64,000 bases of DNA, taken from contig PXTN01000131.1 in the NCBI GenBank assembly GCA_003022565.1, positions 1,108-65,107 on the forward strand. The letters run 5' to 3'. The notes under the pieces were generated by a model. That model was not told where the DNA came from and made no database searches. It saw nothing but the letters and a program-made list of their open reading frames with translations. Origin of the DNA: Bacteroidetes bacterium QS_3_64_15 (GTDB lineage: Bacteria > Bacteroidota > Rhodothermia > Rhodothermales > Salinibacteraceae). Positions 9,503 to 19,976 of this stretch are shown here, piece after piece. The position numbers were made by a program, and so were the translations under genes. Positions within the stretch are counted from its first letter, which is position 1, and every line of letters begins with the position of its first letter.

Positions 9503-11050
9503 ATGAGATCGCCCTCCACAACACGCCGTGCTGCTTACCGACGAGTGGGGCCCTGGGCCCTTGTGCCCGCGCTCCTTCTTCTCCTCGCGCTGTCTACCGG
9601 GTGCGTCTCGACGGGCCTCAACCCGGTGAGCGGAAACACGCGGGCCTACGGGTACTCGTGGGAGGAGGAGTTGAAGCTCGGCACGAAGGCGGATAAGCAG
9701 ATCCAGAATCAGTATGGGGTATACGAGGACGAGGAGCTGCAGCAGTACGTCGACGAGGTCGCGCAGGAGGTGCTGGCGGAGAGTCACATCCGGCGCCCCG
9801 AAACGCCCCAGAAGTTTCGGGAGACGGAATTTCACTTCCGCGTTCTCGACAGTCCCGCCATCAACGCCTTTGCGCTGCCCGGTGGGTACGTCTACGTGAC
9901 GCGCGGTCTCCTCGCCCACCTCAACAATGAGGCGCAGCTCGCTGTCGTGCTGGGCCACGAGATCGGTCACGTGGAGGCCCGCCACGCGTCGCAGCAAGCG
10001 GGTCGGAAGCAGCTCACGCAGGGACTCCTCATTGGAGGCGCCGTGCTCGGACAAGCCACCCTCGGGGGAAACGTAGGACGGCAGGTTCTGAATATCGGGG
10101 GCACCGCCGCGCAGCTCCTCTCGCTCAGCTACAGCCGCGACAACGAGCGCGAGTCCGACCGGCTCGGGGTTGAGTATGCCGTTCGGGCCGGATACGAGGC
10201 CGCCGAAGGGGCCGAGTTCTTCGAATCGCTGGAGCGGGTGCAGGAGCAGAGCGATCAATCGATCCCGACCTGGCAGTCCACCCACCCCGATCCAGGGGCG
10301 CGCAAGCAGACGATTCCGAAGCTCGCGCAGAAGTGGAAGACCAAAGTGGAGCAGCCCGCGACGGCGATGAACCAGGAGGCGTACTACGCGTCTCTCACAA
10401 ACGTCGTGCTGGGCAAAAATCCGCGTCAAGGGTTCACTGAGGAGGGGGTCTTTTACCATCCCGAGCTTGCCTTTCGCTTCTCCGTTCCTCGTCGGTGGAC
10501 CGTGCAAAACCAGCGCCGGCAGGTGGCCATCGTACACCCCGATCAGGCGGCGTACATGGTCTTTCGCTTTTCCGAATCGGACACCCCGGAGGCCGCGGCG
10601 CGCGCGTTTGCCGGGCAGGACGGCGTTACGGTCCGTGAGCGGCGGCGCGCCCCCGTGAATGGGAACGACGCGCAGCGGGTAGTCGCCCAGGCCCAAACGC
10701 AACAGGGAGAGACGGTCCGGCTGCTGACCTACTTCATTGCTTACGGCGACCACGTTTACGAATTTCAAGGCCTCACGACCGCCGATCGGTACGACACGTA
10801 CCGGCGTGACTTCGAGGAATCGATGACGAGCTTCGCCCGCCTCGCCGATTCAGAAAAGCTCAACGTCCAACCCACCCGCCTTGTGATCGATTCAACCGAG
10901 CGCCGGGAGCCTTTTCGCGCGTTCGTCGACAAGTCTATCGACGAGAGGGCGTTGCCAGGCGAGATGACGAGAGCCGACCTCGCCATCATCAACCAACTCG
11001 CGCTGAGCGAGACCGTAACGCCGGATCGCCCCCTAAAACTTCCAGACTGA
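9503..11050 (+). CDS. M48-family zinc metalloprotease, probable lipoprotein
   Basis: Lipobox-like STGC; INAFALPGG, HEIGH, YSRDNERESD, STHP. Confidence 0.92.
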   Translation: MRSPSTTRRAAYRRVGPWALVPALLLLLALSTGCVSTGLNPVSGNTRAYGYSWEEELKLGTKADKQIQNQYGVYEDEELQQYVDEVAQEVLAESHIRRPETPQKFRETEFHFRVLDSPAINAFALPGGYVYVTRGLLAHLNNEAQLAVVLGHEIGHVEARHASQQAGRKQLTQGLLIGGAVLGQATLGGNVGRQVLNIGGTAAQLLSLSYSRDNERESDRLGVEYAVRAGYEAAEGAEFFESLERVQEQSDQSIPTWQSTHPDPGARKQTIPKLAQKWKTKVEQPATAMNQEAYYASLTNVVLGKNPRQGFTEEGVFYHPELAFRFSVPRRWTVQNQRRQVAIVHPDQAAYMVFRFSESDTPEAAARAFAGQDGVTVRERRRAPVNGNDAQRVVAQAQTQQGETVRLLTYFIAYGDHVYEFQGLTTADRYDTYRRDFEESMTSFARLADSEKLNVQPTRLVIDSTERREPFRAFVDKSIDERALPGEMTRADLAIINQLALSETVTPDRPLKLPD

Positions 11051-11096
11051 TCGGTTGGGAACGTTTGAGGAGCCGAGAAGGGCGCGGCATGATTCT

Positions 11097-11546
11097 CTAT
11101 TGCCGACGGGCACGATGAGGATCCTCCTCATCTTCCGTGGGCGGAATCACGCGGCCCTCGCCGCCGACGACCATCTGGCCGTCCCGGTAGATGTAGGTGC
11201 GAACCTTGACGTGTTTGTTCTCCTCGATTTTCTCCGAGACCTTGATCTGGACGCGGACCTCCGAGCCGACGGGGACCGGACGCAAGAACCGGCACGAAAT
11301 GCCGACGGCGATGCTCCCGTGGCCCGGAAAGTCGCGGCCCAGAACCTTCGAAATCAGACCCAGGAGGAGCACCCCGTGGACGACGGGGCGCCCGAATCGC
11401 GAATGCTCTTCCGCGTAGTCGGGATCCACGTGGACGGGATTGTCGTCTCCGGTGATCTCGGCGAACATCTTCACGTCCTCCGCGGTGACCACCCGCGTCC
11501 ATTCATGGGTGTCGCCAATATCAATCGATTCGTACGTGTTGGCCAT
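11097..11546 (-). CDS. MaoC-family (R)-specific enoyl-CoA hydratase/dehydratase
   Basis: FAEITGDDNPVH, VVHG, FLRPVPVG. Confidence 0.9.
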   Translation of the reverse strand: MANTYESIDIGDTHEWTRVVTAEDVKMFAEITGDDNPVHVDPDYAEEHSRFGRPVVHGVLLLGLISKVLGRDFPGHGSIAVGISCRFLRPVPVGSEVRVQIKVSEKIEENKHVKVRTYIYRDGQMVVGGEGRVIPPTEDEEDPHRARRQ

Positions 11547-11890
11547 GAGCAGCAAGTTATTGCGGATATGGGTGTCGCAAGGCAGGGATGAAACGGGTCT
11601 CGCCACCAAGTTAGGAAGAAATAAGGGGAAAACCTACTGCCAGGCAGGAGGGGCACACGGAAGCAACAGTAAGCTTCCGTCCAACGATTTTCTCGCTGTC
11701 TTGATCGCAAGAGAGCGTGCTTGAGCGGGAGCACTGCGTTACTCTGTGAAGAGAGGCAGCGGCACGGGGATGAGGGGGCGTCGTGGATGCACCCTCTCTG
11801 GAATGACAGTTGACGCTGCGCTGGGGGAGAGGCGTTACGCGGAAACCCGGGTTCAGGAGGTTCTTTTCTACAGCGTTCGACGCATCCCCT

Positions 11891-14446
11891 ATGGATCGTC
11901 TTTTCGAGGCCCTGCGCCCGTTCATTCGCGGCGTCGCTCGGCACCCTGCCTGGGTGCTCGTCGTCGCCGTATTGCTGACGGGCGTGGGGGGATACCTGTC
12001 GAAAAACCTGTCTATCGACACGGACATTTCGAACCTCGTTCCCGAGGACTACGAAAGCGTGCAGACCCTCAAGAAGTTGCAGCGCACCGTCGGGGGCGAG
12101 AGCGACATGGCGGTGGCCATCACGAGTCCGTCGTTCGAGGCCAACAAGCGGTTTGCGGAGGACCTCATCCCGAAGGCGCTGTCTCTGAAGCGAGACACGG
12201 GCGAGACGTACCTGACGCGCGTTGAATACAAGCGGGAGGTCGAGTTCCTCAAGGACAATGCGCTCTACTTCGCCTCCGAGCCGGAGCTTCGCCAGGTCGA
12301 GGACTTCCTTCAGGAACAGATCGAAGAGGCAAAGCAGGCTCGCCAGGAGGCCAACCCCTTCTACGTGGAAATCGAGGAGGAGGCGTCCGACACTACGGGG
12401 ACGGCGGACACAGGGCAACAGTTGGAGGGCGTATACGACCGGCTCATCGGCAAGCGCTATCCGATCTCCGACGACAGCACCACGATGGTGTTGCGGTTTT
12501 ATCCGTCGGGGTCGCAGACCGACATCGGATACATCGAGGACCTGTACGCCGATTTCCGGGACTTGGTGGACCGAATGGATCCGGAGTCGTACCATCCGGA
12601 CATGAAAGTGGTGCTCGCCGGGCGACTGGATCGGCAGTTCGTTGAGGTAACGACCATCTGGGAGGACGTTGCCAGCTCCTTCGGGGCGGGTGTCGGCACG
12701 GTCCTGCTCGTGGTGATCCTCTACTTCCTGTATAAGGCCTCCCGCGTGCAGGGGGGAGGGCGCTTCGACGGGGGGATCCTTCTGCAGGGACTGGGGCGCG
12801 CGCCGGCCCTGGGCCTCGTGATTGGGGGGCCGCTGTTTATGAGTTTGGCATGGACCGGGGGCGTGGCCCGGCTGCTGTTCGGGCAGCTCAACCTGATGAC
12901 ATCGACGCTCGGCCTTGTGCTCTTTGGATTGGGCATCGACTTTGGCATCCACTTCTACGCCCGATACGTCGAGGAGCGGGGCGGCGGATACTCGATCCCG
13001 GACGCGGCCGAACGCACCTTTACGAGCACCGGACAGGCCATCACCGTGGGCGCCCTCACCACGGCCAGCGCCCTGTACGTGCTCACGGCGGCCGACTTCA
13101 AAGGCTTCAGCGAGTTCGGGGCCATCGCGGGGACGGGTGTGCTCTTTGCGCTCGCCGCCATGACGGTCGTGATGCCGGCCCTGCTTGCCCTCCTCGAACG
13201 GATGGAGCTGCTCGACCTGCAGGCGGCAACCGGCATGGAGACCGGGGCGGCCGATGACGGCCCGCGGCGGTACCCGGCAGCCCGGCCCATCGTGGTAGGG
13301 GGACTCCTGACCATGGGTGTGGCTCTCGTGCTGGCCCCGCGCGTCGACTTCCAGTACGACTTTGGAGCCCTGGAGCCGGAGTACACGGAGTACGAGCAAC
13401 GGAGCCAGTACGTGAACCGCGCACGTTCAGGCAGTGGGAATCGTCGCAATCCTGCCTACATCGTGGCCGACAGCCGGGCGGACGTTCCCGAAATTGTGGA
13501 GGCCCTCCGAGAAAAGATGCGCTCCGACACGACGTCGTCGACCATCCTGGCCGTAGAAAGTTTGCAAGAGCGGTTTCCGCTCGCCGACTCTGCACAGACA
13601 TCGAAGCTTAATCGAATCGCCGAAATCCGGGAGACCGCGACCCAAAACCGATATCTGAAAGACGAGACCTCCGATGCGCTCGAGCGGCTGCGTCGGGCCG
13701 CGCAGACCCGGGAGCCCATCGCTCTTGAGCAGGTGCCCGAATTTCTCCGGAAGCAGTTTACGACGAAGGACGGTGAACTCGGCAAATTCGTCATCGTCTA
13801 TCCGTCCGTCGGCCTCTCCGACGGCCGCAAGTCGATCGCGTTCGCCGAGGACGTGGGTACCGTGACCACCGACAGCGGCAAGACCTATCACGCAGGCTCT
13901 ACGTCGCTCGTGGCGGCGGACATGCTGCTCCTCCTTCAGCGGGAGGCCCCGTGGATGATCGCGGCTGCCTTCCTCATCGTGGCCGTGCTCATGGTCCTGA
14001 ACTTTCAGTCGGTTCGGTGGGCGGGGCTGGCCCTCGTGCCGCTCGTGCTGGGGCTCTTGTGGATGCTGTTGGTAATGGAGGTCTTCGGCTTCATGGTGAA
14101 CTTCTACAACATGATCGTCTTTCCGGCCATTCTCGGCATCGGCAACGACGCGGGCGTGCACATGGTGCACCGATACCGAGAGGAGGGGCCGCAGTCGCTG
14201 TGGACTGTTCTACGCTCGACGGGAGAGCACGTCACAATGGGGACCCTTACCACGATGGTCGGGTTCGGGGGGCTGCTCCTAAGCTTTCATCCTGGTCTCA
14301 ACTCGATTGGCACGCTCGCGGTGTTGGGGCTGGGAGCGACACTTCTTGCGGCAGTGGTCTTTCTGCCCGCGCTGCTACAGTGGCTAGAGGACCGAGAAGA
14401 GGCGCCGGTGGGGCCAGGGGCGAAAGTCATGCGGGAAGAGCCATGA
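11891..14446 (+). CDS. MMPL/RND-family transporter
   Basis: Two repeats of TM bundles with GLGIDFGIH and GIGNDAGVH motifs. Confidence 0.92.
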   Translation: MDRLFEALRPFIRGVARHPAWVLVVAVLLTGVGGYLSKNLSIDTDISNLVPEDYESVQTLKKLQRTVGGESDMAVAITSPSFEANKRFAEDLIPKALSLKRDTGETYLTRVEYKREVEFLKDNALYFASEPELRQVEDFLQEQIEEAKQARQEANPFYVEIEEEASDTTGTADTGQQLEGVYDRLIGKRYPISDDSTTMVLRFYPSGSQTDIGYIEDLYADFRDLVDRMDPESYHPDMKVVLAGRLDRQFVEVTTIWEDVASSFGAGVGTVLLVVILYFLYKASRVQGGGRFDGGILLQGLGRAPALGLVIGGPLFMSLAWTGGVARLLFGQLNLMTSTLGLVLFGLGIDFGIHFYARYVEERGGGYSIPDAAERTFTSTGQAITVGALTTASALYVLTAADFKGFSEFGAIAGTGVLFALAAMTVVMPALLALLERMELLDLQAATGMETGAADDGPRRYPAARPIVVGGLLTMGVALVLAPRVDFQYDFGALEPEYTEYEQRSQYVNRARSGSGNRRNPAYIVADSRADVPEIVEALREKMRSDTTSSTILAVESLQERFPLADSAQTSKLNRIAEIRETATQNRYLKDETSDALERLRRAAQTREPIALEQVPEFLRKQFTTKDGELGKFVIVYPSVGLSDGRKSIAFAEDVGTVTTDSGKTYHAGSTSLVAADMLLLLQREAPWMIAAAFLIVAVLMVLNFQSVRWAGLALVPLVLGLLWMLLVMEVFGFMVNFYNMIVFPAILGIGNDAGVHMVHRYREEGPQSLWTVLRSTGEHVTMGTLTTMVGFGGLLLSFHPGLNSIGTLAVLGLGATLLAAVVFLPALLQWLEDREEAPVGPGAKVMREEP

Positions 14447-14586
14447 CGGATGAGTCACGCGATTTTTCTTAGCGAACGTGCAAGCAGCCCTGCATGACGC
14501 TGGGGCTTGTCCCATTTCCGGCGATTGCCTCTCACTCCGTGGGGAAATGGATGGGCCTGAAGAAAATGAAAAATTGGCCCGACGTA

Positions 14587-14613
14587 GAAAAAGCGCCCCG
14601 ATAGCGGGGGCGC
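14587..14613 (-). terminator. Intrinsic terminator on the minus strand with no annotated upstream gene
   Basis: Minus strand GCGCCCCCG CTAT CGGGGCGC followed by TTTTTCT. Confidence 0.6.
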
Positions 14614-14827
14614 AATCTTGCTAACATGTTTGGTTATAGTTTACCGAAATCGCCCCCCAGGTGCGTTTAAATTCAGGGCAACGATCCTGTAACGCGCCCG
14701 ACGAAAAACGAAGAGGCCTTGATTCGTGACGGCGCTTCTCTTTTCTCCCATGCACCGCGGTTTGCCCTTATCTCTCGGCCCTGATAGGTTCACCACCCAC
14801 CATTTTCTCCGATCAACACACGGACCC

Positions 14828-15043
14828 ATGTCCGATCACTCGCTCTCGCCCGGACAGGCAGTCGTCCGGTGGATCCTCCACGTCTTCATCTTCCTCGGGG
14901 CCGGCGGCGTCGCGGCCGGGCTTTCGGCCCTCGCCTACCAAGCCGTCGCACAGACTCAGACGCCGCTCGGCATCTACGCCGTCATCTTCGCCGCAAGCGG
15001 GCTCATCGCGTACCGACAGACGGAGCACGTCCTCGATGCGTGA
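14828..15043 (+). CDS. Small two-TM membrane protein
   Basis: MSDHSLSPGQAVVRWILHVFIFLG...; two hydrophobic segments, GC-rich third positions. Confidence 0.75.
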   Translation: MSDHSLSPGQAVVRWILHVFIFLGAGGVAAGLSALAYQAVAQTQTPLGIYAVIFAASGLIAYRQTEHVLDA

Positions 15044-15166
15044 GACGTGATGCGTGAAAAGTGAAACGTGAGACGTGGTGCGTGAGACGTGAGGAGCAAG
15101 GCAGGAAATGTGGGGCGGAACCGCTGAATTTGGAGGCCTCACGCATCACGCTTTACTCATCACGCA
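15039..15166. repeat. Inverted heptamer tandem-repeat hairpin, (CGTGANN)n...(TCACGNN)n
   Basis: Left arm cgtgaga cgtgatg cgtgaaa agtgaaa cgtgaga; right arm tcacgca tcacgct ttactca tcacgca. Confidence 0.85.
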
Positions 15167-16599
15167 TTCTCCTCCTTGTCTTCCTGCTTCGCCTGGGCGT
15201 AAAGCTCCTGAACGACGGACGCGAGCAACTCAGGCCGTTCCTCGGACAGCTCCTGCACGAGCGGCACGAAGTCGTCGACGCTCTGCTCCACGCCATTGAG
15301 CGACGCCTCGGCCTTGGCGTAGCGCTCTTCCAGCAGTTCGCGGGCCTCGCTGTGCGGATCCTCGGGAAGCTCGGCCTTTTCGAGATCGATGTCGTAGGTG
15401 CTGGCCATCCGCTTGAGCTCGAACTCGTCCTCGTGGGTGGAGAGGACGATCGTGGTGCCCTCCTCCCCGGCCCGCGCCGTGCGGCCGGAGCGGTGGATGA
15501 TGTACTCGTGATCCTGCGGCACGTCGTAGATGAAGACGTGACTCAGGTCGGACACGTCGATGCCGCGGGCCGCCACGTCCGTCGCCACGAGTAGGCGGAG
15601 GTCGCCCTCCCGCAGCCGATCGAGCGCCTTCTCGCGGTTGCGCTGGGAGAGGTCGCCGGACATCTCGTCGACGTCGTACCCCTTGTTGGAGAGGAACTTG
15701 TTGAGGTAGCTCACCTCCCGCTTCGTATTGGCGAAGATGAGGGCCGACTCCGGCTCCTCCAGCTCCAGGAGCTTTGCCAGGAGCCGATCTTTGTCCATCG
15801 GGTTCACCAGATAGTACCGGTATTCGTTCTCCTCCACGCTCACCTTGTCGGTGCTGAGCGAAAGGAAGCCGGGATCGTCGAGAAACTCGCGCGCCACCGA
15901 CCGCACCTTAGGCGGCATGGTGGCGCTGTACATATACGAGACGCGGTTCTCCGGCACGTGCTCCACGATGTCCTTCATGTCCGGGTAGAAGCCCATCGAC
16001 AGCATCTCGTCGGCCTCGTCGAGCACCAGCATCCGGAGGGTGCCGGCGTCAAAGTTGTTCTTCTTGAGGTGATCGAGGATGCGTCCGGGCGTGCCGATCA
16101 CCACGTGCGCGCCCTTGTCCAAACCGTCGATCTGGGGCTGGTAGCCGACGCCGCCGTAGATGAGAACGGCCTCCATCCGGTTTGTGTGGGGCGTCGCGAT
16201 CTTCATCTTCTCAAACTCCTCGTGGATCTGACGCGCCAACTCCCGCGTGGGCGTGAGAATGAGGACCTGCTGCTCCTGCTTGTCCGGGTTCACCAGATCG
16301 AAGAGCGGGAGCAGAAAGGCGCCAGTCTTGCCCGAGCCCGTCTGGGACTGCACAATGAGGTCGCGCCCCTCCAGGACGTACGGCATGGCCTTCCGCTGGA
16401 CGTCCATCAGCTCGGTCCAGCCGGCGGCGTGCACCGCTTGCTCCATGTCGCCGGACAGCTCGTCGACGCAGACTTCATCGAGGGGGGGATCCGGCTCGCG
16501 GAGTTCTTCGCCCACCTCGTCGCGACGCCGTTCCTTCTGCGCCTCGGAGGTCAGATCGATGACGTTCGTGTAGGAGCTCTTCGAGATCTCAGGGGCCAT
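15160..16599 (-). CDS. DEAD-box RNA helicase
   Basis: QTGSGKT, PTRELA, GTPGRI, DEAD, SAT, TDVAARGID, HRSGRTAR. Confidence 0.97.
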   Translation of the reverse strand: MAPEISKSSYTNVIDLTSEAQKERRRDEVGEELREPDPPLDEVCVDELSGDMEQAVHAAGWTELMDVQRKAMPYVLEGRDLIVQSQTGSGKTGAFLLPLFDLVNPDKQEQQVLILTPTRELARQIHEEFEKMKIATPHTNRMEAVLIYGGVGYQPQIDGLDKGAHVVIGTPGRILDHLKKNNFDAGTLRMLVLDEADEMLSMGFYPDMKDIVEHVPENRVSYMYSATMPPKVRSVAREFLDDPGFLSLSTDKVSVEENEYRYYLVNPMDKDRLLAKLLELEEPESALIFANTKREVSYLNKFLSNKGYDVDEMSGDLSQRNREKALDRLREGDLRLLVATDVAARGIDVSDLSHVFIYDVPQDHEYIIHRSGRTARAGEEGTTIVLSTHEDEFELKRMASTYDIDLEKAELPEDPHSEARELLEERYAKAEASLNGVEQSVDDFVPLVQELSEERPELLASVVQELYAQAKQEDKEENA

Positions 16600-16790
16600 G
16601 CGACAAACGGCTCAGGTTCAAGGACAGTCAGGACGTTGAGGAATGCCTCCGGCAATGCCTCGACCCTCGCTGGAAGCGAGGTGGGGGGACGATGTCGCGG
16701 TCGAGACTGAGTTTGGAGACATCGGAGATCCAACAATGAGCCTCTCCAATCGATCCTGTGAATCCTCGGTGGACGATGAGCACAGGAGCG

Positions 16791-17546
16791 CTACATCGAG
16801 AGGCCGCCGTTGACGTGCAGGACGTGGCCGGTGATGTAGTCCGCCGCCGGGGAAGCCAGAAAGAGCACCGCGTCGGCGATCTCGTCGGGCTCGGCGAGCC
16901 GATCGAGCGGAACGGCGTCAAGGATAGACTCGTGGGTGTCCGCGTCCAGTTCGTCGGTCATGTCCGTTTGCACGTAGCCCGGCGCCACGACGTTCACCGT
17001 CACGTTGCGACTGCCCAGCTCCTTGGCGAGGCTCTTCGAGAAGCCGACGATGCCCGCTTTGGACGCCGCGTAGTTCGTTTGCCCGGCGTTCCCGGTGGTG
17101 CCCACCACGGAGGAGATGTTGACGATGGTGCCGCTTTGCTGGCGCATCATGGGCATGTAGGCGGCCTTGCAGAAGTTGAACGCGCCTTTCAGGTTCGTGT
17201 CGATTACGTCGTCCCAGTCGTCCTCGGTCATGCGGAGCATGAGCCCGTCCCGCGTAATGCCGGCGTTGTTGACGAGGACGTCGAGCGTACCCCAGCGGTC
17301 GAGCACGGCGTCGACGTGGGCCTGCGCCGTCTCCAGGTCGGCCACGTCGCCCTGCAGCGACAGCGCCTCCGTGCCCTGCTCGTCGAGCGTATCGACGAGG
17401 GCCGCGGCGGTGTCGGACGACGAGCGGTAGGTGAACGCCACGTTGGCCCCCGCGTCGGCGAAGGCGTCGACGAGGGCGCGCCCAATCCCACGCGTCCCTC
17501 CCGTGACGAGTGCGGTGGATCCACGAAAGTCGGCCTGCATGGACAT
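16791..17546 (-). CDS. fabG: 3-oxoacyl-ACP reductase
   Basis: TGGTRGIG, NNAGITRD, YAASKAG, NVVAPG; in the fab cluster. Confidence 0.95.
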   Translation of the reverse strand: MSMQADFRGSTALVTGGTRGIGRALVDAFADAGANVAFTYRSSSDTAAALVDTLDEQGTEALSLQGDVADLETAQAHVDAVLDRWGTLDVLVNNAGITRDGLMLRMTEDDWDDVIDTNLKGAFNFCKAAYMPMMRQQSGTIVNISSVVGTTGNAGQTNYAASKAGIVGFSKSLAKELGSRNVTVNVVAPGYVQTDMTDELDADTHESILDAVPLDRLAEPDEIADAVLFLASPAADYITGHVLHVNGGLSM

Positions 17547-18005
17547 GTGCTGCGTGCTGTGAATGGGAACAGCGCAATTGGGGGATTGACGTCGCCCCGG
17601 AAGATTGGGAATCCCGCCCGGAAAGGCAAGAGGGACGCTTGCGGATCGCTGCTCCGCCGAACAAAGGGGTGCTCCGAAATGAAACTGAACGGCTCCCCCT
17701 TCTTCTGGTCTGTGCGAACGGTTCCACGCCTCGGCTCTCCAGGTGGGGGTAACACGCTCATTCCCCCGTTGGCGACGCATCGATGTACGTCAGTTTATGC
17801 TCCTCCGACGCTACTACGGACAGGTTCGACGCCAGGATACGGACGGCAAGGCGAAAGTGGGGCACGCCCCCCCTCTGTACGCCCTGTACGCGGTAGCGGG
17901 AGGCACCAGATGAGGGAATCCTCACTGCAGGGCCTCCCTTCGACATTGGAGTCTGGAGACCGCCGTTGATTCCGTCTTCAGGAGCGACTTCCCCAAACTC
18001 CGTCC

Positions 18006-18824
18006 CTACCGCCGACGGGAGAGGTGCCCCGCCGTCTGCTCCCGGGGTTTGACCTCCAGTAACCGAGCCGTCGTATCGTCCTCCCATTTCCACGTAAACC
18101 GTTCCTTCAGGCTGGCCCCCGTTCGGCGGATCTCAAGCTCAGCCTCCGACGCCTTCACGAGGATGTCAGTTCCGTCCACAGTGCGGGGGAAGTAGAGCGA
18201 GTTTCGGCGGTACAAGATGGTTTCTCCCCCACCAATGAAGGCCTCCCGAAGCGGGCCGTGATCCGCTCGAACGGGTCGATACGTGCTATCCCGGACGTGA
18301 AGCTCTGTGCGGGCCCCCGGTCCCGTGATGATCCCACTTTCCCCTCTTCTCTCTACGAACCAGAATACGTCGATGTGAATCCGCTCGAAGTACTTCTCAC
18401 GCCGCCGATCAATGAGCTCTCGGGCCTTTTCTTTCCGAAGCGAAAGAACGCCCATTTCCGGCTGGAGCGACATGAGTGAAAGCTCAAGGCTCCAGAAGGT
18501 GGCGTAGGTTCGAGAACGAGACCTGCGACCGGTCCCCACGCTTTGGAAGCTACTGGACCACTTTTCGGTGAGCGACTGGTAGTCTTGCTCGACCTGATAC
18601 CGGATCTTTCCCTCTCCCTCGGTAATGGTGAGGGCTCGCAGGGAATCGGGATGGTGGCCCACGGATTGCTCCGTCGGGAGAAAGCGCTGGGCGACCCGTC
18701 CTTCGTTGACCGAATAAAGATCACCTCCCCCACACCCTACGACGAAAAGAAACGGCAGAGTTACGACGAGCACGGCAAGGAGGCACCGCCGCGATGAAGG
18801 CAGGGAAGCTAGGGACGGAACCAT
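18006..18824 (-). CDS. Hypothetical lipoprotein
   Basis: 272-aa ORF with hydrophobic signal ending VVGC; lies between fabD and fabG. Confidence 0.7.
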   Translation of the reverse strand: MVPSLASLPSSRRCLLAVLVVTLPFLFVVGCGGGDLYSVNEGRVAQRFLPTEQSVGHHPDSLRALTITEGEGKIRYQVEQDYQSLTEKWSSSFQSVGTGRRSRSRTYATFWSLELSLMSLQPEMGVLSLRKEKARELIDRRREKYFERIHIDVFWFVERRGESGIITGPGARTELHVRDSTYRPVRADHGPLREAFIGGGETILYRRNSLYFPRTVDGTDILVKASEAELEIRRTGASLKERFTWKWEDDTTARLLEVKPREQTAGHLSRRR

Positions 18825-18949
18825 GGGTCCGCGGAAGCGACAATCAGAAGGAGACCTTCGGTGGAGGAATACGCGACGTGTAGAGAATAGACTTGTCCCG
18901 CTGGCGTGCGTTCCCCTTCGTTCCGTCTCGTCCTCTAACCGCCGGAGTC

Positions 18950-19891
18950 CTACCCGCCGATTGCAGACTCAATTTCGTCGGACAAGCCCGCCCCAACCGC
19001 CTCGACATCATCGCCCAGGGTGCGCCCCACGAGACCTTGAAGCACCTGTCCCGCCCCCACCTCCGCGAAGCGAGTGGCCCCGTCCTCGTGCATGCGGCGG
19101 AGTGTGGGCGCCCACCGGACTGGCGACAGAAGCTGCTCTGTAAGCCGCTGTCGGATCTCATCGGGATCGGTCGTCGGCTCGGCCGTCACGTTCGGATACA
19201 CCGGACAGCGAGGCGAATCGATGGATACCGTGTCGAGCATCTCAGCGAGGCCTTCCCGGGCGTATTCCATGAGCGGCGAATGGAACGCTCCGCTTACAGA
19301 CAGTGGCATTGCACGGCCCTCGATGGCCCCCGTGGCCCGCTCCACGGCCTCCACGTCGCCCGAAATGACGATTTGACCGGGGGCGTTGTAGTTGGCAGGC
19401 TGCACCACGCCCTCGCCCTCCGCGGAGATGTCCTCACAGACCGATTCGATGTGGGCGATGCCGGCCCCCAGCACGGCCGCCATGCTGCCCGGACGCCGGT
19501 CGCCCGCCTCGCTCATCAGTTCGCCGCGACGGCGCACCACGCGCAGCCCCTCCTCGAACGAGAGGGCCCCCACGGCCGCCAGCGCACTGTATTCGCCCAG
19601 GCTGTGCCCGGCCACCATGTCGGGCTCGGCGCCTCCCGCCTCAAGCACCGCCATCGCCGCCAGGCTGTGCGTATAGAGGGCCGGTTGCGTAATTTCCGTC
19701 TGCTTCAGCCGCCCTTCCGGATCGCTACTGCTCGATCCAAGCCCGAACATGAGCGCGAGAAGATCGACGTCCTCCATCATCTCGTTGGCCGTCTCGAACC
19801 GGGCCCGTGCCTCCTCGTGCTGCTCGTAAAGCTCGTAGCCCATGCCGACCGACTGCGAGCCTTGACCGGGGAAGAGAAATGCCGTTGCCAT
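18950..19891 (-). CDS. fabD: Malonyl CoA-ACP transacylase
   Basis: FPGQGSQ, TQPAL, GHSLGEY, VSGAFHS. Confidence 0.97.
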   Translation of the reverse strand: MATAFLFPGQGSQSVGMGYELYEQHEEARARFETANEMMEDVDLLALMFGLGSSSSDPEGRLKQTEITQPALYTHSLAAMAVLEAGGAEPDMVAGHSLGEYSALAAVGALSFEEGLRVVRRRGELMSEAGDRRPGSMAAVLGAGIAHIESVCEDISAEGEGVVQPANYNAPGQIVISGDVEAVERATGAIEGRAMPLSVSGAFHSPLMEYAREGLAEMLDTVSIDSPRCPVYPNVTAEPTTDPDEIRQRLTEQLLSPVRWAPTLRRMHEDGATRFAEVGAGQVLQGLVGRTLGDDVEAVGAGLSDEIESAIGG

Positions 19892-19929
19892 CGGGGTTGA
19901 GGGTTAAGCGTTTATGACGGAGTAAACGA

Positions 19930-19976
19930 TCAAAATACGCAATACGAAACACGCAATACGCTCACCGCAATGCGCA
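19930..19976. repeat. Heptamer tandem repeat (AATACGC)n between fabH and fabD
   Basis: aatacgc aatacga aacacgc aatacgc. Confidence 0.7.
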
